A stretch of DNA of 64,000 nt from Marsupella aquatica. Lineage: Eukaryota > Plantae > Marchantiophyta. Both the position numbers and the translations under genes were made by a program. Under the pieces are notes generated by a model, which had not been told where the DNA came from, did no database searches, and saw only the letters and a list, made by a program, of their open reading frames with translations. The stretch lies in the NCBI GenBank assembly GCA_973895155.1, contig OZ316896.1:14129542-14193541 (forward strand). Reading direction: 5' to 3'. This document shows, one piece after another, positions 1 to 14,629 of the stretch (position 1 is the first letter of the stretch; every line of letters starts with the position of its first letter).

Positions 1-45
1 GACACCCTATTAGAGTCATTGTACCAATAATCAGAGAATTATTTG

Positions 46-224
46 AGCAACAGTACATGAGGAAGCCAAATAGTGCCAATTTTCATACTCAGCTGGCAGT
101 TACATTTTAGCAACAGTATATGAGGAAGCCAAATAGTGCCAATTTTCATACTCAGCTGGCAGTTACATTTTAGCAACAGTATATGAGGAAGCCAAATAGT
201 GCCAATTTTCATACTCAGCTGGCA
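46..224. repeat. 63-bp tandem repeat, ~2.8 copies
   Basis: Unit AGCAACAGTA(C/T)ATGAGGAAGCCAAATAGTGCC...CATTTT starts at 46, 109 and 172; copies are nearly identical. Confidence 0.95.
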
Positions 225-390
225 ATTAGCAAAGACTGAGGCTTCCTATGTATGTTTGGGTGTTGGATTGCATGCACTAGCCCCGGAAGAATTGCCTTGT
301 TGCTTGGCATGGGCAGTACACAGACACCAATAAAGTTAAGTCCATTATCCTTGAGGCAATTGCAGAATCAGGAATTGTGGAAATTGGACT

Positions 391-419
391 GGCGGGGCGG
401 GGGGGGGGGGGGGGGGGGG
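391..419 (+). repeat. poly-G tract (G21 at 399-419)
   Basis: GGCGGGGC followed by an uninterrupted G run. Confidence 0.9.
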
Positions 420-3400
420 TAACAATAACCCGAATGTGCTGGACAGATCTCCTCTCCAATGAACTTGGCCACCTTGTTAGCTTTTGCAAATTGTGGCTTC
501 ATCTTCTTGTAGTGCTCTCTCGCCATTTCCAAGAATCTCTCACTCAGCCCTTTGCCCAGCCCCAACTCACGGGTCTTGAGGCACATGCAGGATGCTCTAG
601 CAAACTTCAGCTCAGTTGGATATTTTTTCCCATGGATTGCTGCCATTGCAATCACTGTCCTCAAGTTCTTGTACAAGCTACAGTCTTCACACACACATGG
701 CCCATGAGGTTTTGCAGGACTTTGCTCCTTCCCGCCGGGCTTCCTGCAAATTGGCTCACTTGATGTTTGAATTAGCAAAATGCTTGGCGTGATGTCAGGT
801 TTTGGCTCGATGCTGCTGCATGCTAGCCTTCAGCATTGACAATCAATTTTCAGGTTAGCGGGGGGACACTACGCCGTGACTGCCTCTCTGCCAAAAACTG
901 GAGGTTGCGAGGTTGAATTTATTGCGGTCTTGATTGCAGTCGCCACAATTCTCAGATGGAGGCAGCCCTAGGGAAGAGCGTCTGGAAAAGATTAGGCAAA
1001 GCACTAAAAGTAGCAATTGCATCTCCAATATTGAGCACGGGTACTCTCACTCTCCCCACAGCTCACCTACTTCCTGCAGTGTCAAACTGCCTAACTACTC
1101 ACTTATGCTCTACAACACTTCCTCAGCTCAACATCCCATATAATCAACACTAGTTTGCAACACACTTTATTTTCCATCAAATGAAATGGTAAAAAAGAAG
1201 GTGAGTTGCCAATTGATGAGGCATTTCCATATTGTTGAGGCCACATTTTCTATTAGCAGAAACTCACCAATTTCTGAGTTTTTCTTAGTTTTAACCCAAG
1301 AGAAAATGGGGAAAAAAGGCCATCAGGTTGCCAGAAGCTGGTCCAATGTCCGCTCCTATTTGCCAACATTCCTTGAGGGTATACTCTGTGGCAGGGTATT
1401 GCTTCCCGGGAAAGGTAAGGTATCACCCAACCTCAATTTTCACTATACTTGTACAATACTCCAGCCTAGCTGGCATTGGCTCTTCCTATATCTGCCTCAG
1501 TACCCAGCCGCCAATTAGTATAGATTTTTCTTTCATGATTGTATACCTACACCTCCCTTGCATAAAGGGAGGTATTAAACCAGGTGTTGTTTTACAAAAA
1601 GATTAAAAACAATTAGTGTGTAAAGGGGAGGTACAAGGCTGCCCATTTTCAGGTTATAGGGCTACCATAAATGTTTGTTATGGCCAATAGGGGGCTGTTG
1701 GCAAAGCTGTTAATTCAGTTTTGAGTCTCCTGGTGACCCAGGGCATCTTGAATCAGACCTATGGATACAGACTGTTGTTGGATGCTGTTATGAGTCTTAA
1801 TGTACTATACTTTTACAAGTATCTCTTCCTATACGAGGGTACCATTAATTACTACCCTGGTATAGGATGCCCAAAACCTTATTAAGGGGCTTTGGGAGGC
1901 ATATGGGCAAAGGTTGCCATAAGTTCAACAGTTCCATTGGTCTTGGTGTGATTCTTAATCTCAATCACTGACTTTGATCAAGCCCACTACGGCCACAAAT
2001 TTTGTGGCATTGCTCGTGAATCTAGTCACTTAACTCGAGGAAAGTTTTCTTTAGTTCGATGGTGGGTTGCTAATTATTTTGTCTGCGATTACTTGTGCTA
2101 GCTGAAAGCTCAAGCTTCCCAATTTTATTAAGTGTAACTGGTTGTCTCGTTCTTTCCAAAAGGATTTTCTGGTCAATGAATCTCGGACAAGAGTACCATG
2201 ACTCACAGTACTTGAATCTACATATAGTTTTCATGCCAAATGTTGGAGTGGATTTAGGAGTCGTCGGGAACTCCTTTATTTACGTATTATCTATGTGCAC
2301 TCTGTGTTATTAAGCTGTCGTCTATTTTCCAATGCAAAGCATTTCCGTTGTGTTTTGAACGTTGATGAGCGATTTAAGGGCGCTAGGTTAGACAAACGGA
2401 CAGTACAAACTAACTTTGCAGATAGCTCTAACATTCTCTCAAACATGTCCACGCATCATTACGTGGAGGATCCATTCCCCCCCCCCCTCCCTTACTATCT
2501 CTGCTTCTCTATTCCCACCCTTGCCCCCTTCCGCCCCCCCCCCTCTTCGCCCTGCCTCTCCCCTCACTCCCTTGCCTCACCTCCTGGCCCGCCCTTCATG
2601 CCCTTGCGGCCAGGCGTGCAAGGAGGTACAGTCCTCGCGCACTGTGGCGAGGACACACTCCTCCTTGGCCACGATGCACATGGACCAAGGCACCAGGCTC
2701 TTTGTGGCGAGGCACGTATCGCAGGCAGGCCCACTCAGGTCAACGGCAAGCCGGGCATGAATTGTGGCCGATTGAGGGTCAGGAAAAAACATCCCTTACG
2801 ACAAATGGCTGTGGTTGAATCCTGCCCAATTCTGCTTTTGTAATCAGACGAAGCCCTGATATGGGCAAGATCACTTATTACAGTGTTTGATTCAACACTT
2901 GTTGTGATGCTAGGAGCATGGAAAGAGACACCACACTTGAAAATGGCATACTTCACAAAGGTAAAACATCTGTTCTCATTTGATTCATAATATTTGTCCT
3001 GATTGCTCATTGGAAATGTAGCAAATGATCTCCTAAAAATCTCAAACTTGAGAGCAAGAGGCATGTCTGTGTGGTAGCTCACTTGAGTGGAGATTAATAG
3101 ACTCAAATGTCGTGACTAACTGTTCACTTTCTGTGGGTTTTCACAGATTTTTCTTTAAAACATTTTTTTTTCAAACTTTGTCAAATAGAATGGACACTGG
3201 AGAAGAAGAATTAGAGCCTAGACAAAGATCCAAAAGTTATGAATCCAAATAATGGACAAGCCTACCCAAAACCAGTACTTTACAGTTGACCATGGCGCCT
3301 GAAAAAGTTACTTGGGGCGTTCTTCATGCAAGTGAAGGGTTGATTGCACAAGCAGCCAGTCCCAGCTGGTTTTCTTTTCTTTTGTTGTGTAAACTGGCTG

Positions 3401-5363
3401 GTAAACTTTACACAGTCCATGGAGATGGGTAGAGACAACATTTGGTCCATCCCAGCTTGGGTGTCTTCACAAGCTCTACCTTAATTATGTGAGAGAGAAT
3501 CAAATTTTTCAATAGGGCATCTAAAAATATAAAATTCCCATGAGTGCCCGCATGAGTGGCCTGGACTGCCATCCCCTGAAATTAAGGCCCAAAAGTAGGG
3601 CCGTGTCCACAAAATTGGGCGCAAGCAAATTAGGGGTACTTATAATTGAGTGGTGTCGCAGTTACTAGCTCGAGCTTCACCACCAAAGACAGCAGCGACG
3701 GGTCATTCAAGCAGGTGACAGCAACACCACCAAAGACAACAACTATGTAGTTGTTCAAGCAACATCAACTATGTAGTTGTTCAAGCAACATCAACTTGTT
3801 CACACCCTTTGTAAAGTAACGAGCCAGTTCAAAAAGTGTCATGGGGCTTGATCGATCAGCGTCCTCTCACACTTTACATACATAACTGTAGGCTGGTTAA
3901 GTTGGGTTAGGTGGCAGTGTGGATTGCAAGTCCCGGATCGGAATGCACGGTTAAAACAATCGCCAACCGATCAGAGTGGGCCGCATGTGGCTCGGTCTCA
4001 TTCCCAGTCAGTCAAAATGGCCGCAATGTTTAATTCTGAGCTGCCCTAATAATGATTTATTTATTAAGTTTAGCAGATAGTCCCTACCGTTGTTGTTTTT
4101 TAGTGGTGAAAATTAGCCAAATTCCACCTCTCCAACAATCTTTTGCCACTTTTGGCAAAAATAAGCTATTATTTTCTCATTAGCCAGTGTTCCGCCTAGT
4201 TTCAGGCCCCATTAGCCAGAATCTAACTGTCAGCCTTAAATCTAGGGAGATCTGACGATCAGAAAAATAATTGAATAAGGAATGTTTTGAGCATCTTCTC
4301 CTTCACAGCCCTGGCCAAAAAGTAAAATCCTTTAAAAAATAAGCTGGTCCCTACTATACTGTAGCCTACAGAACAAGGTCATCCATTCCCGAACCATGGA
4401 CTCGCCCCAAAATTTCACAATGTTGGATCTCATGTGACTGAACAGAGCTGATTTGAGTCCTTCGCTGAGCTCCGCAGCAAGAACGAAGATCGGAGCTCCC
4501 ACAAGCAATAATGGTTTTCCAAGGGTGCACAAACATGATTGTTGTGAACAAGCCAGGGATCATCACGTTTGACAGACTTCTGTGAATGAGCTGACTACTG
4601 TACATCACAGGACGTAGACTCGTAGAGCTTCTTCATTCCTTTTCTCTTTGCAAATTGAAATGCGAACGACGCAGATGTCAATTCAACGACTTGGATGGGT
4701 CATGAATTATTCTCATTTGACGGCGCCCAGCGTTGATGAGCATACTAGATCCCAAGAAACAGACCTGTTTTTTCCTCTTCACTTGAAAAGAGGACTACTG
4801 AGCAGGAAGGCGCCCAACTGTTGAGCCCGAAGTGTTTTCCCTTTCCTTTTTCAAGTGAGGTGAGAAGTACGCAGATCTTCAAGTCAATACCTGGATAAGT
4901 CATTTGACGGAGACGCAGTAATGAGCTGACTGCCTCACAAGGTGCAGAGTTTTGGGTTCTTTCCTCTCTCTTCCCTCTATCGTTTTCGATTGAAATGAGA
5001 AGCACGCTGATCTCAATACAACGACGTGGACAACTCTCGTCAGCTTACTTAGCCTGGTACCGGAGAGTGAACACGAACCAAACGTTTGCTTCGCCTCCAA
5101 CTTGATATGCACTCACTACCTGAGAAGGAGATTTCGCAAAATCGCATCGGTACAAAACCGCAAGGAATTGTTCTTCGCGGTAGTGCTCTATTCTTGTAGC
5201 GAAATCCAAATTTTAGCATGTGGCGTGTTGCTGAGGAGTTTGGAGCTAGTCCGATACAATCGAAGCGGACGACTCGAGTTTGATTTCATCACAGGAGATC
5301 CCAGGACGAGTGTCTTTACATCGAGAAGAGCCAGAGAAAGAGTGGATAAGGTGGGGGCCGAGG

Positions 5364-7931
5364 ATGCGGCTGCTGGTAATTGGTGGGACTGGCTTTCTAG
5401 GGGGGCGTTTGATTTTGGCTCTCGTGCACGCGTCCTATGACGTTCGAGCTTTGGTGCGGAAGACGAGCAAAGTGGACGATATTCCTCCCCTTGTGGAGCT
5501 GGTCTATGGAGACATCAGAGACCTGGAGTCAATCTTGGCTGCCGTAGAAGGCTGCGATGCTGTGATTCACATGGGTGCGTTGGTGGGGTCTTGGTTACCG
5601 GATCAGTCGCAATTCTGCAAAGTAAGAAGCCGAAGCCGTTTAAATTATTTTTGCCACTGGTTGCCGATGCGTGCTTTACTGCTTCTACTCGCTGGCATTT
5701 GATTTGAAATGTGTATGGCTGTATCCTGTTGACTCCATAATCAACATGAGCCTTGTGTTGACTCCATCTTGAATTATCCCGCTCTCAATTGAAATAACAG
5801 AAATCTGAGACTTAGGGCAGTGAGTTTCCCGCAGAGCAAAGCAGGTTTGCCGATGCTGCAACATACATGTGCCCTGGAACGAGCCACTGGAAATTCTCCG
5901 AGTTAGTTGTCCATCATGTTTTCAATAGTTGCTCATTCTCAACTGTGCAATTGTTTGATACTGTAATTCCCATCCGCTCTGGGTTTCTCCTACCGTGGTT
6001 TTTGAAATGTATTTTAGAGATTCGGTCTATAAAGAGCTGATCGTTTCAATGATGTGTAGTGTAAGAGGCCCCTAATATGGAGATCCATCCAGAATGAATG
6101 AAGATAGGGTGGAGAATATAAGGAGGACAGGGTGAAGCAGGCATCAGACCATTAATCTCATGATCGATTCGATCTGCAAAGAACTGATCGTTTCAATGAT
6201 ATTTAGTGTAGGAGGCTCCTTGATTTGGAGATGTATTCAGAATGTAAGAAGATAGGGTGAAGAATATGTGGAGCACAGGGTAAAGCAGGAGTAGAAAGCT
6301 TAATTTCTTCATCATGAAGTAAAGGCAATATTGCTATGATTCAGGGAGTCAAACTGAAACATGTACACAAACTCAAGATTGATACCAGAGACACCATGCA
6401 AGATTCACCACTCCCTGACAAAAATGTATGTAGAAAACATTCTTTGTCACTTTTTTAAAAGAAATTGGTCAATTTGGGTGAAGCAGGTCAATGTTGAGGG
6501 TTTGAAGAACGTTTTAGAAGCTGTGAAGCGCACTACCAGCGTCAAAAAGCTCATCTACACGTCCTCATTCTTCGCTCTGGGCCCAAGTCCTGCTGAGGGA
6601 CAAATTGTTGACGAAAGACAGGTTCCTCTTAAAGAAACTCTGTTTCCCTGAAACACGTAGTTACGGTTGACGGTCGTTAATTCATTTTCTGCGACTTCGT
6701 ATATTCTTAGTCCTGCTCTAATTTTATTCAGTTCATCAGCAGTTGAAGGGTGGCCAAGAAAATTTTTCTTGATCAGAATTCATATACCATGTTTGAATGT
6801 TGGTGCAGATCCACCCGGGAAAAGACTTCTCGTCAGAATATGAAAGGTCGAAGTATTTAGCTGACATAATTGCAAGGGATTCCGCAAGAGATGGCGTCAA
6901 TATTGTGCTGTTGTACCCCGGTGTGATCTATGGTGTAGGCAACTTGACAAATGCAAACATTATTGCTGAATTGGTAAGTATCGACCAACTTTGGACCCTG
7001 ACACTGTCATCTCAAAAGTTTTTCCAGCCTCGGGGTCCGTAAACAATTGACGCGGTACGGCAGACACCTTCAACTGAAATTGTGCATAAAAGGAGGTCAT
7101 CAAATCTACAATGCGGTGATGGATTGGAGACACTTTAGGCACTGAAATTACAGCTGGATAGAGGAAAACTGAAGACGAACAGCACTTGGCATTACCAGGT
7201 ATGAAATACTTCTAATTACAAAAACATGCCGTTGACTCTCCATATCTGGTGTTTGCCTCGCAGGTGGTCGAGAGGTTCAATGGGCGACTACCAGGATACT
7301 CAGGATCTGGCAAGGACAGGCACTCTTTCTCCCATGTGGATGATGTCGTCATGGGTCACCTAGCTGCACTGGAGAATGGTAAGCCTGGAGAGCGGTATTT
7401 ACTCACGGGGGATGTTCACTCCATCAATGACGTCTTAAACTTTGCAGCTGACTTGACCAACACCTCAAAACCACGCTTTGTCATCCCTCTCTGGACCATG
7501 ACCATAGCAGGCTATGGCTTTATCCTTTTTACTCGTTTGACTGGAAGGAAACCCGTCATAACTCCTCAGGTAAGTCTCCAGTCATGTAAAACATTTCTTT
7601 ACGTAATAGTGTGACACCAAGGACTACAACTTACTGTGCACATAGCCTCTGCTCTGTACTTGGGAATTTCAAAGAGACGAAGTCAATTGAAAAGGACTTC
7701 TGAGACCACTTGGGAATATGCCTGCTTACGTCATATTTATTGCTACATGGCTTATCTAACGAGTTTAATTTTCATTGGGCACCTTTGCAGGCTGTAGATG
7801 TGATGAGGAAACAATGGGCCTACAGCTGTGCAAAGGCAGAGAGGGAATTGGGATACAAGTCCAGGCCTTTTAAAGAAGGGCTGGCTGAGATTCTAGTCTG
7901 GTTGAAGGATTCGGGCAATATAAAATACTGA
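5364..7931 (+). CDS. FLDH: NAD(P)-dependent epimerase/dehydratase-family (extended SDR) protein, farnesol dehydrogenase / dihydroflavonol-reductase-like; 5 exons, ~334 aa
   Basis: Exons 5364-5621, 6487-6621, 6809-6973, 7264-7569 and 7791-7931, all joined by phase-0 GT..AG introns. Rossmann motif MRLLVIGGTGFLG, YTSSFFALG, catalytic YERSK, YPGVIYG, FSHVDDVVMGH and a C-terminal WAYSCAKAERELGY resemble plant FLDH. The gene symbol comes from motif recognition, not a search. Confidence 0.88.
6031..6289. repeat. diverged ~110-bp direct repeat (2 copies) in intron 1
   Basis: AAAGAGCTGATCGTTTCAATGAT...GAAGCAGG (6031-6141) is repeated as AAAGAACTGATCGTTTCAATGAT...AAAGCAGG (6178-6289). Confidence 0.85.
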
Positions 7932-9240
7932 TTTCGATAGCCTTGCCTTCTGAGTCTGGCAGCTGCGTATGAGGAGGCTCAAGATGTTGTGAATTCGATC
8001 GATCCTTGAGACCAATGTTGAACTCTAGAACGTCAAGTTTCTAGCTGGTTATATAGCCCTGTATCCTCTGCCGGCTAGTTCACTCAACGAGTGTCCTCAT
8101 GCCGCAATTGGCATCCAGAACACAATCACTGGCTAGAGGAAGACTCTTCCGACCACCATTCATGCTGTGAAGGCCATGCTGTTATTTTCGGGATATCCTT
8201 AAGAAGCTGAACCAGGCCGCCCTATACCAGAGGGTAGGTGATGCAAACTACGGTACTAGGAAGAAACCATTTAGTTCTACCACCTTCTGGAAACACAGAT
8301 TCCCAGTGTGCTGATTCTGATGTGGCTCCCGTTGAATCATAGCGAGTACAGGAAGTGACAGCTTCAGTTGCGATCTAAAGTGCATATGATGAGCTAACAT
8401 TCAAACCCAAGAATATCAAGGTTTGATTTAGTTGAAAGCTCATGTCCATGGAAATGTTTGTAAACCACTGTAAAAGAGGTGAAGCATGTGTCAATATATG
8501 CGAATTACTAGTAGAACTATGTGTTTATTACCATGTATATTTCATGCAAAATATGAAGTACAGATAAATTACCATGGTGACACTCGAAATTCGGATGATG
8601 AGATATGCACTCCTATTCCCAGATTCCCGGCACAAATTACACAAGCATCTATCTTTCAACTACCCCTTAACAACCAGAGCGAAGAGATCGATAACCACCA
8701 CCAACAACCCTCGCTCGATTCAATCCTATCCAACTTGATTCCATTCCATTCATTTTGGTACAGTCAATTTCACCTAAATTCAATATACCTGTCAAGCCGA
8801 AGCACCAACGCAGACAGCCCTCCATCGAAGCACGCCAGAGACAGAAATCAAAGCCTGCCAAAGATGATTTCAGCTCGATGGGTCAGGTCCCGATAACTTC
8901 TTCCTTTTCCAGGTTGGAGTTTTGCACAGACAGACGACGGTAGCTTGCTGGCGCTTAGGACCTATAGACAGACCTAAAGTGTCAGTTTAGCACTCGCCTC
9001 ATTGTGGACAATAGCTAGAGGCTCAGGGCCGTCTTGTATGTAGAAGGTCCTGACTCCTGAAAAAAATGGTCCTGAAAAACGGGCCCTTTAGATAACCGGT
9101 GGCTGCCCCTGAGCAATACTTTCCCCTGAGTGAGGCAGTCCTGATGGCACTAATCTACTGTAGGACTTGGAAGGGCAAAGCCACTGAAACTTTGCCCCCC
9201 TTCACTCCTCATAAGTGCATTATGCATTTGTCCATTACTG

Positions 9241-9600
9241 CAGCCCGGTTTGAACTGTCCTACAAGTTGTCGTATTGTCGGACACGAAAACTTGTCATTA
9301 GTCGGCTCCAAAAAGATCAAATGTCGGACATTCGCCTCTATTCCCCGGCTGGGCCCGAATTTTCCCGAACCACTCCCGGCCCCGTCCTGGACTCTCCCGA
9401 ACCCTCCCAGCCCGGTCTCAGACCTCCTGGACTCCCCACAGTTTAGTGAGCCCTCCCGACCCAGCCCGCCCTCCCGACTAGGCCCGACTGCCTCCCGCCC
9501 GACCGCCTCCCGCTTGACCTCTTCCCGGCTCGCCAAACCCCGTCACCCAGACGGGATCGACCGGGGCGACGTCTGTCGGATGTCGGACCCCAGACCACTT
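9241..9600 (+). mobile_element. non-autonomous DNA-transposon (MITE-like) repeat, copy 1; right end probably eroded
   Basis: CAGCCCGGTTTGAACT...TTGTCG.ATTGTC.GACACGA... is homologous to 56210-56933, where a matching inverted terminus is visible. Confidence 0.6.
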
Positions 9601-10494
9601 ATCCAATTGAACTTTGCAGTACTAGGACTTGGGGTAGGAGGAGTCCATTGTGTATCACTTGAAAACACATATGGGATATAGAATTTTTTCCGGTGCATCT
9701 TTGTGTCAGTCCATTTTTATTTGGTTATTATTTTCATTTTAATTTGCCTATGAGGGTTGTCTTCTTTGCTATTCCATCAGTTTTGAATTTATCTGAGACC
9801 CCCCTATATGTTATTTGTTATTTTAAAATCCTTTGTTTTCCAATTTTGTCTTGTTCTCCTTTCCACAATTGTTATATAATTTTGCCCTTGAAAAAATATT
9901 GTCATAAAATAATTGTTGCTTGCTTCTGACATGATATTTATTACTTAATTTTTTTTAAAATTCTATGGCCTGTACCATGCACGCTGTCCAAGATTGCTCC
10001 GCCTCTCTTTCTTCACAATAACTTTACAATAAATTATTTCCTGTACTTAATTCAAGTGATTACTTAAATAAATTCAAATACGATATGAGAATATTATTTT
10101 TACAGAATTTTCAATAAGTTAAGATAGCAAAGTGTTAGAAGGGTGTAGCTATTAATATGGGAAAGTGCATTAAGTTATTTTCCAAGCACCATGCAGACAT
10201 TGGATATTGGATACATTGCACATATGGGGAAGTGAAGTAATGAGAACCTAATGCCCTTCATGATTTAACTCTTTGCAATTTTCAGTGCATGTTTGGAGAA
10301 GAATGCACAAATAGGCTTGCTGTCATGCTGAGGGACAGTGCCTCTTATGTACATCGGTATGTCCCTCGCATGCCCACTAGGTATGTAATTAGGACCAGTA
10401 CTTGAGTTAAGTTGCACATGTTCTTGAAGCAAGTTTGGGTCGTTCTTGAAGCAAACACGTTTGTTATGAGAACACTTGGACTTGGCTTGCTTAG

Positions 10495-10839
10495 TGTTGA
10501 GCATAGACAACAATCGCAATGGCAAGCCCATGAACCATCCAACGCACAAGAGTCAACACAGAGAGATACGTGGTTCACCTCCACATGAGGCTACGTCCAC
10601 GGGAACACACAAGAGCTTTACTGCACTCTAGGCCGACCGGCCATACCAAGCATCCACAGCGCAAGCTCTCTCTATCTCTCAACTAGCTCCGTAACAATGA
10701 ACCTGAGTTCCCACTCTCCAAGCAAACACCGCTTGGTTATAGAGTGTGCACAACATGAGTAACCTAACCAAGTCTGTGACTAAGGTTAGCCTTAACTACG
10801 GTACAGTTGTAACTCTAGACCTAAGAGTAAATCCTAACA
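10495..10839 (-). repeat. copia 3' LTR (345 bp)
   Basis: TGTTGAGCATAG...ATCCTAACA; PPT AAGGGGGAGAT (minus) adjacent at 10840-10850; about 18 differences from the 5' LTR by manual count. Confidence 0.95.
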
Positions 10840-11031
10840 ATCTCCCCCTTGACTCTGGTCTAGGGGAGGGTAAAGACTGTAACCAATATGATTGCTCAAC
10901 GGGAAGTTCTGGAAAGAAAAACCAAACTGGTTTTTCCCTCTTTTATATGAGAGTAGACCAGAACTAAGCCGTAGCCTATACAAGGAATGAGCAAGAGCAT
11001 ATCTCAATATCTACACAAATGTTAAGTAACC

Positions 11032-14000
11032 TTACTTGTGAGGCAATTGCAAAACTTGCAACGCATCATGGTGTCTAGAAAAACTCTCCAAAGGAATCAC
11101 TTTGGTAAATGCATCAGCCGGGTTGAGTTTACCGTCAATCTTGACTAGCTCAAACATATTATCAGACATAGCTTGCCTGATAAAATGGTACCTGACATCG
11201 ATGTGCTTCACTCTGCTGTCCATCACCTGGTTCACAGCAAGGTGGAGTGCACTCTGACTATCACAATGGAGCTTCACATTCCCCTGTGGCAATCCCATCT
11301 CAATGATCAGTCTATCCAACCAAATCGCTTCCTTTGCTGCTTCCGCTGTTGCAACATACTCTGTTTCTGTAGTAGACTGAGCAATGCACTTCTGCAAAGT
11401 AGACCTCCAACTTATGCATGCACCGCCAAGTGTGAACACATAACTTGTTGTTGACCTCCTCCAATCCAGATCCTGCATAGTCAACATCTACATAGCCCAT
11501 CAATGATCTAGCATTATCAGCATGTGCATCAAACAATAGACCATGATCCACGTTACCCTTCACGTACCAAATAATCCACTTCACTGCTTCCCAATGTACC
11601 TTCCCTGGATTTGACATGTACCAGCTCACCTTCCCCATAGCCATGGCAAGATCATGTCTAGTGCAAGTCATCAAATACATGAGACTCCCCACTACCTTGT
11701 TATAAGGAACCTTTGACATCAGCCCCTTCTCTGTTTCATCCATAGGACAGAGAGCTAATGACAACTTGAAGTGTGGAGCCAATGGGGTACTCACTGGCTT
11801 ACTATCCCCCATGTTGAACCTTGCAATTACCTTCCTCGCATAACTGCTCTGCGTCAACCATAGCTTGCCAGCCTCCGAGTCCCTAGTGATCTCCATACCC
11901 AAAATCCTCTTAGCTGGCCCTAAGTCCTTCATCTTAAACTCTGCACTTAGCAGTGCCTTGAGCTTAACAATCTCAGACCTATCCTTGGCCGCAATAAGCA
12001 TGTCATCCACATAAAGTACTAAAATAATGAACCCAAAAACAACATTCTTCATCGGTTTAAGATACACACATGGGTCAAACACACTCCTGTGAAAGCCTTG
12101 TGCATGAATCCAATCATCAAACCGCTTATTCCACTATCTTGGTGATTGCTCCAACCCATATAAGGATCTCAGCAATTTGCAAACCAAATCCTCTTGCCCT
12201 TTCTTCACAAAACCTAGCGGCTATCTCATGAAGATCACCTCTTCCAAGGTGCCATAGAGGAAAGTTGTGACAACATCCATCTGATCTAGCAGCAAACTAA
12301 ACATTACAACAAGCACACACAATAGCCGTATTGTTGAGTACTTAGCAACTGGTGAGAAGACCTCATTGTAATCCATACCTTTTTCCTGTGTGAATCCCTT
12401 GGCTACCAACCTAGCCTTGTAGACCTTCAATCCACCTCTCTTTAGCTTGTATATCCACTTGCTGTCCACCACTTGCTGTCCCTCAGGCAGCTTGACAAGC
12501 TCCCAAGTTTTGTTGTCCTTCAATGATTGCATCTCCGTTTGCATTGCTGTAGTCCACTCCTGCTTCTCCTTTGAAGCACTTGCTTCATGAAATGAAGATG
12601 GTTCCCCTTCTTCCAAAATCAATGCATCACCCTCATCGTCAGTAACAAAATCCTCCTCTTGCAACTGAGATGAGTCAACCCACTGTCCATACCTTGGTGG
12701 AGCGCGTACAGTGCGACCAGATGTTCTTCTAGTCGATGACTCCGGTTGATCTGTGTGTGCTGGTATACTTTGAAGCTCAGTAATATTCACTTGCTGCTCA
12801 CCAACATCAACAAACTCCTCTGGTTCCTCTGGCATAGGAACCAACTCCATAATTGGAGCAACTCCTTCTCTCCGGTCATGCACCTCATGACCAATCTCCC
12901 CCTCAGTGAGATCCGGGATAGGAGATTTTCCTTTGTCAGTACAGGAGACCTGAGTATTCTCCCCCTCCTTCAATAATCTTGATTCATTGAAGGAAACGTC
13001 CCTACTAACAACGAGCTTACAGGCAATAGGATCCCATAGCCTATAGGCTTTCACACCACTCTGGTACCCAAGGAAAACACATTTCTTGGAGGTAGGATCC
13101 AACTTGGTCCTATCTGCTTTGGTGTGAGAGCATATGCATCACTTCCAAAAACTACCAAGCCATGATAGTTTGCTTGCCGCTTATAGCGCATCTCAAACGG
13201 CGTTTTGAAATTGATAGCACTAGAAGGAGAAAGATTTACCAAATAAGTTGCGGTATTGACAGCTTCTGCCCAAAATTCCTGTGGTAAACCTGATTGGCTC
13301 AACATACTTCGTGACCACTCCAATAGTGTCTGATTGAGCCTCTCAACGACACCATTCTGCTGCGGAGTACAAACTGTGGTGAGATGGCGAGTTATCCCCT
13401 GTTCTGAACAATACTCTTCAAATTCCACTGAAGTGTACTCCCTGTCATTGTCTGACCTTAGACTCTTCACCCTTGTATCCAAACACTTGACCGTGTTTCC
13501 AATCTGATTCTCCACCTGGGCCTTCCACTTCTTAAAAATGGACAAGACATCAGACTTATGCGTCATAAAATAAATCCACATAAATCTTGAGTAATCGTCA
13601 ATAAATGATACATACAACTTTCCAGAGTGTGAGAGAGTCGGGAATGGACCCCACACGTCACTATGTATATACTCAAGAACCGCCTTGGAACAATGAGTTC
13701 CAACACCGAAAGCACGATGATGCTACTTTCCAAGAATGCAATGCTCACAAAACTCTAATTTACAAGATTGGAAAAAAAAAATGAGTCCATTCTTCTGTAA
13801 GATAGCCAAACCCTTCTCACTCATGTGGCCTAGCCATGAATGCAACAGTTGAGTCATCTACTCGTGAGACTTGGTTACATTGGCCTCTCCACATACAATA
13901 TTGCCCTGCAACACATACAAATTCTTATGTCTGCTCCCCTTCAAAATCACTGTCTCTCCCGACCTGACTTAAAGTTCACCATCAATAACACTCCATTGAT

Positions 14001-14509
14001 GACCATTTGAATCAAACACACCAAGTGAAATCAGATTCTTACGCATGCCAGGTACATACCTGACTCCGGACACTGTGCGCATAACGCCATCAAATATTTG
14101 AATCTTCATAGACCCAATTCCCTCAATTTGACAGGAGTGATCATTTCCCATCAGAACCGAACCGTTTGAAATAGAGTAAGAATTGAAAAACTCACGAATG
14201 TAACAAATGTGAAAAGAGCAAGCACAATCAAGAATCCACACATCATCTGCTCTCTTGATGACATGCACAGGGCATACCCCTGGCTTCATAATACATACTC
14301 ATCATTGAGTAAATCAACGTCCCCATTAGCCCTAGCCACATTTGCCGATGAAGATTCAATTGCCTTTCCCTTACAATCTCGCTTGAAGTGTCCAACTTGG
14401 TTGCACTTCCAACATGTCACCTACCTCCTCTGAGGGGATATACCCCTGGACTTAGATCGGGATTTAGATCTAAACTGGGTTCCACGGTCCCCAATTGGTC
14501 GTTGCATAC
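11032..14509 (-). pseudogene. copia gag C-terminus/protease/integrase/RT/RNase H, with stops and frameshifts
   Basis: Zinc knuckle CWKCNQVGHFKRDC (~14373-14414), protease WILDCACSFH, integrase FIDDYSR...LRSDN...PQQNGVVER, RT KARLVAKGFTQ...LYVDDML, RNase H STTETEY...CDSQSA...KHIDVRYHF. Confidence 0.93.
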
Positions 14510-14629
14510 TCCTCTGTGATGCCTAGACAGGAATCACTCGGCCGGTTAAGTGGGTAAAGCAGGAAGGCACCCTAGGAACACCTTAGTATAGGGACAAAAC
14601 AAGGAAAATATAAACAATTAGGGGCAACC

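Noticed and set aside
46-224. CRISPR-like array
   Set aside because: The units are contiguous with no unique spacers, and the context is eukaryotic.
277-5112. Short ORFs upstream of the FLDH-like gene (e.g. 368-778, 2295-2843, 2735-3106, 4332-4608)
   Set aside because: No recognisable domain or consistent exon chain, and several are driven by G/C runs. A divergent spliced gene cannot be excluded without RNA data.
9024-9143. hAT-like mini element CAGGGCCGTC...GGCAGTCCTG
   Set aside because: The TIR match is weak and there is no 8-bp TSD.
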